NCBI GenBank assembly: GCA_008690995.1
Contig: VRMN01000003.1
Span: 1,240,001 to 1,304,000, forward strand
Source of the DNA: Porphyridium purpureum
Lineage: Eukaryota
DNA: 64,000 nucleotides
Direction of reading: 5' to 3'
Positions 52,074 through 62,707 of the stretch are shown here, one piece after another. The position numbers were made by a program, and so were the translations under genes. How positions within the stretch are numbered: the first letter of the stretch is position 1; each line of letters begins with the position of its first letter. The notes under the pieces are model-generated. The model saw nothing but the letters and a program-made list of their open reading frames with translations, was not told the origin of the DNA and searched no databases.

Positions 52074-53337
52074 CCTACTCTACACACCCATACCCACACC
52101 CCCTCCCAACCCCTTAACCACTACCCCACCACCCTCTTCTTGTCGACCGTCGCAGCCCTCTTCTCCTTCCCCGTCACGACAAAAGAACACCCAAATTCAA
52201 AACTACCGCGAAACATAGATGACACGCCGCACCTTCTTTTTGCTTTTTTTTGTCTTTTCTTTCCCCCTTCTTTTCAAAAACCCCAATCTGCCGTCATAAT
52301 GGCGATCATCATAATGATTTCGAGTGGTGACCTTTTTTTGTTTTGGTTCCTTTCTCTTGTTTAAATTGCGGAAAGTGGGAGTTGTGGTGTTTTTGGTAGT
52401 GTGGCCAGTAGGGGTGCGAGTCTATTTTTGGGAAGGTCATGTGAATAGAGAGCGGGAACGGGTTTGTGTGTGTGCGTGGGGGTGTGGCAGTAGTGTAGCC
52501 GCGGTGGTTTGGTGGCGGCACGCGCGCGCGATGAGCGCGGGTGGTGGCTGTTGTTGATTGCGTGGCGTGGCGTGGCGGGGCGTGGCACAGCGACTGAGAT
52601 GTGGATGACATCCAGCGGCTTCGGCTGCGGTCGCGGCCGCGTCGATGCGCCAGAGTGCTGGGCGCGGGAGGATGTGCACTTGGGAGCAAGGCTGTGAGTG
52701 GTGAGAACGCAGCTCGATTCAAGGAGTGGCGCGCGTGCATCTGTGAGAACAAGTCGTTCCGCGCTGGCGTCGTCTGGCGTTTGCACCCTCACCCATCAAA
52801 CCGAAAGTCAGCGCTCGCTGTCATGGACGACTCGGCCTTACGGCGTGGGGATGCCACTGTGTAGCCGAGATCACGTTCATCACCGGGTATGAACACATGT
52901 TTCACTGCCCGCGTCGCACTCACAAAGGCGCTCTTTCTGAGTGAGAGGGCCCGCCTTTCCGCACACGGCGCGGGCAGGTTCCCAGACGTCTGCGAACACG
53001 TTCGGGCGCGCACTACCCTGGCTACACGTAGCCCTTCCTGTGGCTGCTCCGGCGGATAACGTGCTACGCGAGCTCCGTCTGCTCGTCCACGCGCTACCTG
53101 GCTCTCCAACTCGAATGGTTAGTGCCACTATCAGCCAGCTGGTTTCAGGACCAACGAAAGACCGACAGCGATTTTGTAGGTTTGCTTGATTTGCCTGTAA
53201 ATCGGCGTGTTCGAGAAAGATCAGCGCTGCCGGTCGCAGCGGGAGGACGTAAATGTGCTAGAGAACAACGTTGATCAAGGGCGAGAGTGACGTGGGGGAA
53301 GGAGAAGGGGACGAAACGAATACTCAGCGTCGATGCG

Positions 53338-54951
53338 ATGACGACGGAGGAAAAGTTGACGCCCGATGGCGGCGTGGTAAAAAAAATTTTGCAAGAGGGC
53401 GCTCCGCTGGTAGCTGGCAATGAGACGCTTGTGAGTCCGCAGGATGGCGACGAGTGCTTCATTCATTACGCCGGCCGGCTGGAGGACGGCACCGAATTCG
53501 ATTCTAGTCGCGGAGGCGAACCGTTTCGCTTCGTGCTGGGCAAGCAGACCGTCATTTCCGGCTGGGAAGTCATGGCAAAGGCGATGAAGAAGGGCGAAAA
53601 GGCGCTCGTCACGCTCCAACCGTCGTATGCCTACGGCGCAAAAGGATCGCCTCCAAAAATCCCGCCCGACGCCACGCTCATTTTTGAGTGCGAGCTAGTA
53701 AACTGGGTGAGCCACTCCGACATCTTTGGCGATGGCAAAGCGATCAAGACCATTCTCAACGAAGGCGAAGGCTGGGAGCGTCCGGGTCGAGGAAGCATCC
53801 CAACGGTTTCGGTGAGAGTGCGCGATGCCTCTGGCGAAAAGACACTGCTGGCCGAGCAACAAATTACTTTCACGCTGGGAGCCCAGGATGCGGCCGTCAA
53901 TGCGCTGATCGATACGGTGACCAAGGACATGAAGGCAGGTGCGGTGTGGCAGGTCAAGGCCTCGACGCCGCACTCCAATTGGCAGGGTAAGCTAGATAGC
54001 AATGTCGAGGCGTGTATTTACGAGATCAAGCTTGAGAAATGGATGAAGGTTGAAAGCGTTTCGAAAGATGGCGGAGTGATGAAGAAAGTCTTGAGTGATG
54101 GCGAAGGTTGGGAACGGCCGAACGAGTGGTCCGTAGTAGTCATCAGCGCAAGAGGCTGGGTGTCTGGACACACGGACAGGGTCTTCATGGAGCTCAAAGA
54201 GCGGAATTCCGTGGTGTCAAATGGAGAACTGCCTGACGCGTTGGAAAGCACTATTCTTACAATGAAGAAGGGAGAGCGAGCGCTTGTGAGCATCGCGCCA
54301 GAGCACGGGTACAAAGTTTGTGCCGCGCTGAAGCCTGAGAACGTTTCGCTGGACGATGCGCTCGAGATCGAGGTCACGCTGCACTCCTTTGAGCCGGCCA
54401 AGCAGACGTGGAGCATGACGTTTGAGGAGAAGCTGAGTGAAATGAAAGTGAAGAAACAGCGCGGGAACGAGTTGTTTGCGGAAGGCCGATACGGGCTTGC
54501 GATCAAGCTGTACGAAAGAACGGCGAGTTACCTGGCGTACTCGACGTCGGAGCTGCAGCCGAACATGCAAGTCGAGGTCAACCTTTTGCTTGTGCAAACC
54601 AACGTAAACCTGGCAATTTGCCACGAAAAGCAGAACGATTTTGAATCTGCCCTCAAGTTCTGTCGCAAAGCCCTTGCAATCGACCCGAGCAACATCAAGG
54701 CATTGTTCCGAGAGGCAACCGCTCTCATCGAGCTGGAGGACTATTTTGCAGCGGAGAACGTGCTAAATCACGGCCTCGCGATCGAGCCAGAGAACGCTGC
54801 GCTGCTCCTGAAAAAGAAGCAGCTTCACCAGAGACAGAAGCAGCACGACGCGCGCGACAAGAAAGTGTTCAAAAATATGCTCCGTGGCGCGATCGGCACC
54901 AACACAGGAGGCGAAGACGTGTCGTCCAGTAATCGCATGCAAATCTCGTAA
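53338..54951 (+). CDS. Multi-domain FKBP peptidyl-prolyl isomerase with TPR repeats (FKBP62/ROF1 type)
   Basis: IHYAGRLEDGTEFDSSR and AYGAKGSPPKIPPDATLIFE, two further EGEGWERP FKBP units, and TPR motifs K..GNELF and NIKALFR. Confidence 0.93.
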   Translation: MTTEEKLTPDGGVVKKILQEGAPLVAGNETLVSPQDGDECFIHYAGRLEDGTEFDSSRGGEPFRFVLGKQTVISGWEVMAKAMKKGEKALVTLQPSYAYGAKGSPPKIPPDATLIFECELVNWVSHSDIFGDGKAIKTILNEGEGWERPGRGSIPTVSVRVRDASGEKTLLAEQQITFTLGAQDAAVNALIDTVTKDMKAGAVWQVKASTPHSNWQGKLDSNVEACIYEIKLEKWMKVESVSKDGGVMKKVLSDGEGWERPNEWSVVVISARGWVSGHTDRVFMELKERNSVVSNGELPDALESTILTMKKGERALVSIAPEHGYKVCAALKPENVSLDDALEIEVTLHSFEPAKQTWSMTFEEKLSEMKVKKQRGNELFAEGRYGLAIKLYERTASYLAYSTSELQPNMQVEVNLLLVQTNVNLAICHEKQNDFESALKFCRKALAIDPSNIKALFREATALIELEDYFAAENVLNHGLAIEPENAALLLKKKQLHQRQKQHDARDKKVFKNMLRGAIGTNTGGEDVSSSNRMQIS

Positions 54952-55730
54952 ACCTCGACACCCTACGCTCCGCGCTGTGAAATAAAGGACCCGTAGACAT
55001 GAGCACATTAATCTTGCACGTATCGTTTGCGAGCCTGATCACATTCTTCGTCAGAAAAGGCTGTGCTTTCTTGAACCTCTTTGTGTACAATGGGCACATG
55101 AGCTCATGCCCAAAGCACTTGTGGTGTCGCTATCCGCAGGACTTGATTGACCACTTCAGCACGCAAGACATGCCCAACTGGCGCGCAAGCATTTTCTAGT
55201 TTTCTATGTGGCAAGCGCGCCGTGGTGCAATTCTTCACGTCCAAACGAAGCGATCGCATCCGATCCGCTCCGTGCACAGAGCTGAGCACCTGTATCTATC
55301 TACGCATGCGCCAATCCAGAAGCCATGGGCCTGCAGGCAGAGTGGCAGACTGCATCTCACATGCGAACCGTCTTTTCCGGCATTGTTCAGCCAGTGGACG
55401 ACGGCCAAGGGCGTGCGCGGCTCTCCCTTTGAAATGGCGCTGTTTTTATACAAACGCGCTCATTGCAATCGCAGCGAGTTAACCGATTGAGTCGTTTCAT
55501 CGAAACCGGCTCACCTGGTGACGAGTCCGAGGCAGGCGTGCACCTTCTTGTTCTGCGTGGTAAATTGTATACAAAGCGCGTTTGTTGTTTCATCCAAGAT
55601 GTCGATCTATTAAAGTGAGGGTGTTTGGTTAGACAGACGGGGAGGAGGTGGTGGTGAGGTAAGAGTGGAGAAGGAGAGCGGGGGAAGGTGCAAGACAGGG
55701 TGGCGCGGTGCGCGGGGTGGTAGTGCAGGT

Positions 55731-57884
55731 ATGTCGTTACATGACCTGGTGAATTCGGGCGCGGCGTGCGCGCCAGATGGAGGGGCCGCAGGGAGCTCGA
55801 GTGCGCACGCCGCCAACCCGCTGTCGCAGTTTGCCGACTCGCTGTTCGGGGGTCCCGCGGCGGGTCATGGTGCCAGCCAGGCTCCGGGAGGGGGAGCGCG
55901 TGAAGCGCTGCAGCATGCGCGGTACAACTCTGCGCGGATGCGGCAGCAACATCAACAGCAACAGCAGCAGCACCAGCAGGCTCTTCAGTATGGACATCAT
56001 GCGGGACACGCCGGCCCGCCGCAGATGCATGGGCTCTCTCCAGAGGAGTTTGCACTGTTCGACATGCGTCTTCAAGGCGCGCCGGGGCACATGCCGCCAT
56101 TCGGCGCACCCATGCCTATGCATCCGCAACAGTTATGGCCGGGCGTCGCACCGCATCCGCAATGGATGGAGGAGTTCATGATGCAGGAAGCGTTTGCCAA
56201 GCAGGAGCAGGAACGGCTCGCGGGCATGCATGGGCCAGGCCGAGCCTTCAATCCGCATGGATACATGCTTGGGCCCCCGCAATCACGCGGAATGATGCAT
56301 GCGCAGATGGCCAGACCGCTTCCGATGCAACCCGCACCGCCGCCACTCGCCCCGCAGAGAAATCAGAGTGCACTCGCGGACGAGTTTGTGGCGATGGAGC
56401 AGCGACAGCAGCACAGAGCACAGCCTCTCGCTCCGGCGCCAGTACTCCACGCAGACCTTGAAAATGCGTTCTCTCAGGCGGCGCGCGCACATCCTTCTGC
56501 TCCTGCGGCCCAGCAGCACATGCTGAGCGTACCGTCAGCAGCGTCTGCTTCAGCTAACCTTGCCGCGAGCAGCTTAATGCAAGCTTCTGAAAAGGCCGCC
56601 TCAAACGAGGCTCTGCGCATTGCCGCGGAACGAAAGGCCCGCGAGTTTTTTGCGGATGCGCCGCAGGAGTTTATTGATGAGCAAGTGAATGAATTTTTGG
56701 CGGCCTACGCTGACACTGCGGCCGCTCTGCCGCAACACACCGACGAAGCTTGGGCAACCGAGTTTTCTGAGCTGCGTGTTTCTGACCAGGATGCAGACGC
56801 ACTGCATCACCACGAGAGCTGGGCGCAAGAATTTGGGAAGCAGCAGGAAAGCTGGGCGCAAGAATTTGAGCAGGAGCAGCGCAGCTGGGGCGACGAATTC
56901 ACGAGCCTCGAGGGTGAGTTTAAGGACAATTTTGATGAGGAACTGCGCGCGTACTTGGGAAAGAGCCCGGATGAGACCGAGTATGTATTTGCGCAGAACA
57001 ACCCGTACGTGGGTGACCCAGAGGCCATGGCACTTGGCGAGCGGTTCCTTGCTGAAGGCGACCTGACACAAGCGGTCCTTGCGTTCGAAGCAGTGGTGCA
57101 AGCGGATTCGGGACGTGCAGATGCTTGGTATTTGCTGGGCAGCGCGCAGACCGAGTGCGATGAGGACGGCAAGGCTATTGCTGCACTTCGTCGCTGCTCC
57201 GAGACGCATGCAAAGCCAGGCGATGAGCTCAGGGAATTACCGCCGGCGAGTGCTCCGGTGCTGAGCGCTCTTTTGGCGCTTGCGGTGAGCTACACGAACG
57301 AATTAGACCAGTCTCGTGCTCTAGACGCCTTGCGAAGGTGGGCCGACGCTCACCCGACAATGCGCAGTGTACCCACACCCATTGGCGGTGAGTCGTCCAG
57401 CATGTCGGCGCATGATGCGATCCTCAATCGATTTTCCGAGTTGGCTCGCCAGTTTCCCCGCGAGGCTGATGTACACCAGGCGCTTGGTGTTCTGTACAAC
57501 TTGTCTCGGGAGTACGACTTGGCGGCGCTTGCTTTTCGCAACGCACTCGAAATCCAGCCCAGTGCGTACCATTTGTGGAATAAGCTAGGCGCTACATGCG
57601 CGAATGGCTCTGAACCGCGCGAAGCGCTTACAGCGTATCGGCGCGCTGTGGAGCTCAAGCCGCACTATGTGCGTGCGTGGGTCAACGTTGGCACCAGCTA
57701 TGCCAACCAAGGCCAGTACGACCAGGCGATGCGCTACTACTTGCGCGCGTTGGGCATGAATCGCGAAATGCATCACGTGTGGGCGTACCTGCGTACGAAT
57801 GTGATTGCCATGAACCGCGAGGACTTGCTAGAAGCTATTCATGAACGCCGCTTAGAATACTTGGCTTCCCAGTTTCCGCAGTAA
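55731..57884 (+). CDS. PEX5: Peroxisomal targeting signal 1 receptor
   Basis: N-terminal MSL.DLV....AC with the conserved Cys, five WxxxF motifs, and C-terminal TPRs LWNKLGAT.AN and P.YVRAW.N.G. Confidence 0.95.
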   Translation: MSLHDLVNSGAACAPDGGAAGSSSAHAANPLSQFADSLFGGPAAGHGASQAPGGGAREALQHARYNSARMRQQHQQQQQQHQQALQYGHHAGHAGPPQMHGLSPEEFALFDMRLQGAPGHMPPFGAPMPMHPQQLWPGVAPHPQWMEEFMMQEAFAKQEQERLAGMHGPGRAFNPHGYMLGPPQSRGMMHAQMARPLPMQPAPPPLAPQRNQSALADEFVAMEQRQQHRAQPLAPAPVLHADLENAFSQAARAHPSAPAAQQHMLSVPSAASASANLAASSLMQASEKAASNEALRIAAERKAREFFADAPQEFIDEQVNEFLAAYADTAAALPQHTDEAWATEFSELRVSDQDADALHHHESWAQEFGKQQESWAQEFEQEQRSWGDEFTSLEGEFKDNFDEELRAYLGKSPDETEYVFAQNNPYVGDPEAMALGERFLAEGDLTQAVLAFEAVVQADSGRADAWYLLGSAQTECDEDGKAIAALRRCSETHAKPGDELRELPPASAPVLSALLALAVSYTNELDQSRALDALRRWADAHPTMRSVPTPIGGESSSMSAHDAILNRFSELARQFPREADVHQALGVLYNLSREYDLAALAFRNALEIQPSAYHLWNKLGATCANGSEPREALTAYRRAVELKPHYVRAWVNVGTSYANQGQYDQAMRYYLRALGMNREMHHVWAYLRTNVIAMNREDLLEAIHERRLEYLASQFPQ

Positions 57885-57953
57885 AAGGACGAAGAGTGAT
57901 CGGTAGAACGCCGCACCGTGTCATTTCTGGTTCGTAGTTTCAGAGCCTCGGCT

Positions 57954-58427
57954 CTACTTTTTACTTTTCGCACCGCCGGGAAGGTTTGCGATTGAGAGAA
58001 AATCGTCGAGCTCCTTTTCGTGGCCCTTGCAGGATTCACATGTGCCCCAACGCTCACTCGCGCGACTGCAGTCGTACACGGGCTTTCCAATGCTGACGTT
58101 CACCTCGTTGTGAACTTCACACATCCAGCGGGCAAACGCCGCGTTGGACTGGGTTCGGGGCGGGTGGTTGGCCACAATTTCTTGAAATCCGTCTGCGCAT
58201 GTCTCGCACGGATATAGCTCTGCGAACAGCGTCATGAACAGCGAGGTCTTCCGCTGTCGCTCCACCGAGGGCCGCTCTGGATACGCGGCCGCGAGCGTGT
58301 GCAGAAACGTCCACGTCGCGCGCCCTAGGGTCTCCCTGTCCACGGCATTCTCCTCACTGCTTTCCGCACCTGCTCCGTCGCTGGCTTTCGCACCGCCCAT
58401 CCTGTCGTTCTCTGCGACAGCCTGCAT
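57954..58427 (-). CDS. ERV1: Erv1/ALR FAD-linked sulfhydryl oxidase
   Basis: LGRATWTFLHTLAA.YP, YPCETC, WMCEVHNEVN..IGKP.YDC and a C-terminal CESC. The first in-frame ATG is at 58427. Confidence 0.92.
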   Translation of the reverse strand: MQAVAENDRMGGAKASDGAGAESSEENAVDRETLGRATWTFLHTLAAAYPERPSVERQRKTSLFMTLFAELYPCETCADGFQEIVANHPPRTQSNAAFARWMCEVHNEVNVSIGKPVYDCSRASERWGTCESCKGHEKELDDFLSIANLPGGAKSKK

Positions 58428-58551
58428 CTGCCCCTTCCACAAATCGCACCAACCACATCCAGCGAACGCCCGAGAAGAAGCTGCTTCTTTGTCCGGCAAT
58501 GTGCATTCTAAAGTAATGCCATTTCATCCGGGAAACTGAACACTATTGATA

Positions 58552-59358
58552 AAGTGCGACCAGAATGGATAGGACCCCCCACAATTTTATACTCAATTTC
58601 ATAGTTTTATATTAAAAATAAAATGTTTTAGTATGAAAAGGACAAGAAACGGAAGAAGGGCACGGAAAAAGGACAAAAAAGAGGGTCAAATAGGATAGGA
58701 CCCCCAACTTTGTGCGTGCAATTGCGCAGCAAGGCGCAGGCGAAGTCGACTCGGATTGCCTCCCACCTATGCACGCTGACGTTGCGCACATCTCCACATT
58801 CGATTTTCCACTGACAAATGCAGTATGTTGAAGCTGGCCAGCTCAACAGCGCCTTGCGCAGCAAAAACAGCACTCTTTAGCCGGTCCACGGTCGCGTACT
58901 GCCTTTGGTCCCCAATAATCTTGCGGTCTGTATTCCTCAGACGTTGGCAACCATGCTGAAGTCTGAACAGTACTCAAACCACTCCATAATGTGGACATGG
59001 CTGCTTCGAAAATGCTGCCTTCTTGGTCAGTAGTTTACCGCTTCGCATTTTCTTTCACCCATATGAAGCCATGGTTCTCTAAATCGCGGCGTTTCTGAAG
59101 CTTCTCTTTGCCCTGCAACATGCGCACGTACCTATCTGCACTCACTCTGCCTTCACCAATGTGCAAACACAAACGTTTACCGCTCAAAATTTTGCCCCAG
59201 ATCATGATGCTTCCCCCGCAGTATAATTAGACCAGCACGAATGAGTATCATCCACTTCATTTGACCATGCGGCGTGAAAGACATCTGAGCACATCGAAAT
59301 CGAACATTTTCTCGTCAGAAGAAACAATCTTCTTTCACTTTTCACGAAACGACGTTTG
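58552..59358 (-). mobile_element. Decayed Tc1/mariner DNA transposon, 3' half plus terminal repeat
   Basis: Minus-strand translation with stops and frameshifts gives *KKIVSSDEKMF, GGSIMIWG, GRVSADRYVRML, FIWVKENA and IMEW....DF...NV. The end is TA|AAGTGCGACC, and GGATAGGACCCCC is duplicated at 58567 and 58693. Confidence 0.8.
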
Positions 59359-62300
59359 TGTCAATTATTCGTGTGAATAATTGACCAAGTACAGGTGTAG
59401 CTGTACCAAGTTACTTTGAGGGTTACCCGAACCCTCAATTTCTTGACCAGCGTATAAATACGCGGCGAGCGGCGGCGGGAAAGTAGCACTAGAACAAAAA
59501 TAAAGGTTAAGGGTGTATGGAAAAAGAACAAACCTTCCGCCCCGTGGGATAGCCTGACGGGGGATAGAGATGAACGACAGTGATCACTCGGGATCTCTCC
59601 AGTGTTAGAAGAAGTGTGGTGTCTGACTTAAGATGACTCGTCGGGGTGCTAACGTCGCGGCGGGTGCGAGTGGCGAACGTGAGAGAGAAGTGTCTCCCGC
59701 TGGAGAAGGGATCGATGCGGGACATATGACGCAAATCAGTCGCGACGAAGGCTCCACGGAGTCCAGCGACCAGTTCGATCCCTCTCTTCTAATTAGCATG
59801 GATCTTGGTAGTTTTTCTACCGAAAAGAGGCTGGCGATTGAGGACTTACGGGACTTCGTCGTCATGTTCCGAACCTACAGCGGTGTGGCCTTGATGGTGC
59901 AGATGACTCGCCGTCTTCCTCGTTCCAGTATCCTGGATTGTGGCCTCTTTGCACGCGAACAGTTTGCTTCATTTCTGACAGCAGCACAAGTACCAGGTTT
60001 TCGTCTATCTGACCCCGGTGTACCCACGATTGATCGTTTTCGCCGGATTTATGAAGACAGTAATGATTCCCGATCTTCTGCGACGGTGCTAGATGCGAAC
60101 GGACGTACTCCGCAACGGGGAGCCGCACCTGTGACGGATACTTGGCAGCAAGACTCTGGCCGATTGCAAGCAAGTACCGTAGGTCATAGTTCTCAGCCCG
60201 TGGTGCCACCAATCGTTTCTGTGCCCGGCAACGAATATGGTCTTGCGAGAAACTCATCCACAGTTTCGAAAATGATTAGATCGGAGGACATTTTTTACAT
60301 GGACGAATACAAGGATAAGATATCATACTACCGGTGGAAACAAGAAGCCCTTCTTACGTTTGCGCGAGCTGAAGTCACCGAACACCACCGTGCTCCGATC
60401 CTCGGCATGATGCTGGGCGGAACGATCAAGATGTTTTATACCGACAAAGTCCAGTACAATAAGAGCCTGAACGATGCTTTCGAATTACTTGATTCCAAAG
60501 TTTTTACCGGGGAATTTCATGAACAGATGGTTGATTTATTTGACGGGGTGAAGTTCCGCCACATTGCGAATCGCATGCGTAATAGCGGCAACAAAGGGAT
60601 TTTACATGTACTGTACCATGATACTCTGAAGTACGCGCAAGGCTGCTTACCGACGGAATATCATGGCGAACGCCGCCTCCTCCGGGCTCTGCGCAATGCA
60701 GTAAGAGATGAAAGTTTCGCATCTGCAGTCCTGCTGAAGGATTTCAACACTGCCGATGACCTATACGCTCATCTGGTGGGATGCATCAATATACAGTCGC
60801 GGATTGTACGACCGTCTTTGCCTGCATCCCAGCCACGCGCCCAACATCAGTTGTTCACCAGAGATTTACGTCATCAAGTGTCTTCCTCCTCTGCCGCTGG
60901 ATCGCACGCGAAGAAATCCAGTGCGCCGTTTTGCCGCAATTGCAGCTCTCCTGAGCACCTTGCCATGCAGTGTCCAGAACCGCCCAAATGTCATAATTGT
61001 GGCTCTACAAGTCATTTCATTGCACAGTGCTCGGAGACATTGAATCAAAAATTGCAACGAGCGCCTGTTCGAAATATTCGCGCGCTTCTCTTCAGTAATG
61101 AGGATATGCAAGCGTCCGATATTGATCCAGTGTTGGAAAGTGTTGAGTCGTTTGAAGAACACAATGCTTCAGGACACGACAACAGCATAGAGGACGAACT
61201 ATTTTATTCCGCTGTCAACGACATGCATATTAAGTATGAACATCTGCAAAGTATCGCGTCAGCAACTCGCTCGTCAGGAGCCATCGGGCTTGCGCTGCTT
61301 TCGCAACGTATGATTTCAGACTTCTGGGGTGTATGCGTTGATACCGGAGCAAGCTCCAACTTTTGCTCACTACCACAGTGGCAAGCGTTTTGCGCATTAT
61401 CGAACAGCCCGTCTTCGCTGCGTCCAGTCACAATGCGCTCCGTCGGTCTCGATATCGGCATATTTCGGATCATCGGAACTGGAGAGTTTCGTCTTCCGGT
61501 CTCGTCTGATGTGTTTTTGACCGTGGATGTGGACGTTCTTGATACTTCCAAAGCAGAAGATCCTCAGTGGCCTCCACTGGTCTTGGGACTGTTGACCATG
61601 GATCATCACTCATGCTTTCCGAACAATTTGACCGACGCGTTGGTGTTTCCAACGCTTCAGATTGAGATACCTCTTATCCGCAAATTTGGAAAACTTTTCA
61701 TCGACCCTGCCATTTTCGCTCGAGCGTCTCCGCTGTTGACGTACGCGGAGCTGCGAAAAATTCACAGAAAGTTCAATCACGCGAGCAGCGAACGCATTCA
61801 GAGAATATTTGATATCGCCGACCAACCTTTGTCCGAAAACGAGTTCAGTATTCTAGCAAGACTATCGCGCCAATGTCACATCTGCCAGCGATTCTCGAAA
61901 GCACCCGCGACGTTTCGCCTGTCCGCCAATGTCGAAGTCAATTTCAATCATACTGTGCAGCTCGATACATTCTACCTGCCGCACACCCAAGGCGAACGAC
62001 CTATGCCCGTGATGCATATCGTATGCGAAGGCACCCGTTTTATGTCTGGTCAATGGTTGAAGCACGACTCTACATCGGGTGCTTTATTCGAGATTTTCTT
62101 CCTGTGCTGGATTTCCGCGTACAATGGCGCACCACACATCGTCAAAGTCGACGCAGGATCCGCTTACGCAAGCCGGGAATTTCAGGCCCTTGCAAATGTG
62201 CACGGTATTCACGTCGACGTACAGCCGATCGAAGGGCATCAATCGATCGGACGAGTGGAACGCGCGCATGGTATAGTCGGTATTATGTACGAGAAAATGA

Positions 62301-62707
62301 TACTTGAAGATCTAGACGCAGACGCAGATGAAACGCTTGCACACTGCTTCTTCGTCGCAAACTCATCCTGTGGGCTTTCGGGAATCCCACCATGCCTTAT
62401 GGTGTTTGGCTCGATGCCTCGGATGGTAATCAGTTCGATTCAAGATGTTCCCTCTCAAGCCGCGCGGATCAATGCCCTTGTTCTCGCACGTCGTGTGTAC
62501 GAAGAATTCATCGCGAAACAGTACTTAAACATCGCGCTGAGCCGTCGCCACGCAGCGCTCGGTTCCGAAATGCAAGACACCGGTCCTCCTGTGCCTGGCG
62601 ACCTAGTAATAATCGCCCGGGAAAGAAACCGCAGACGGAATTATGATGGGCCCTATCTGTGCGTCGCTGTTGATGGCCATAAGGTCTCAGTTCGAATGCC
62701 GCCCACC
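59359..62707 (+). mobile_element. Second Ty1/copia element (5' LTR plus gag-PR-IN), interrupted at 62708; remainder outside the window
   Basis: Putative LTR TGTC...GACA at 59359-59579 with TATAAATA (59453) and AATAAA (59499). It cuts the Tc1 transposase, and its PR/IN are homologous to those of copia element 1. Confidence 0.85.
59633..62707 (+). CDS. Copia Gag-PR-IN in a single ORF, truncated by an insertion; the ORF tail to 62839 is LTR-derived
   Basis: Two CCHC knuckles (CRNCSSPEHLAMQC, CHNCGSTSHFIAQC), then VDTGA, HRKFNH..CHIC, LD..VDAGS..VERAH and GPY. Confidence 0.9.

Noticed and set aside
52074..53337. Long intergenic region as a possible ncRNA or hidden gene
   Set aside because: Only low-complexity GT/GA-rich leader-like sequence was seen, with no tRNA, snRNA or credible ORF.
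2878..58499. ORF-track N-terminal extensions from GTG/TTG starts (G6PD, RFC4, ROK, PRP3, MICU, FKBP, PEX5 and others)
   Set aside because: The context is eukaryotic, so starts were reset to the first plausible ATG matching family N-termini or transit peptides.
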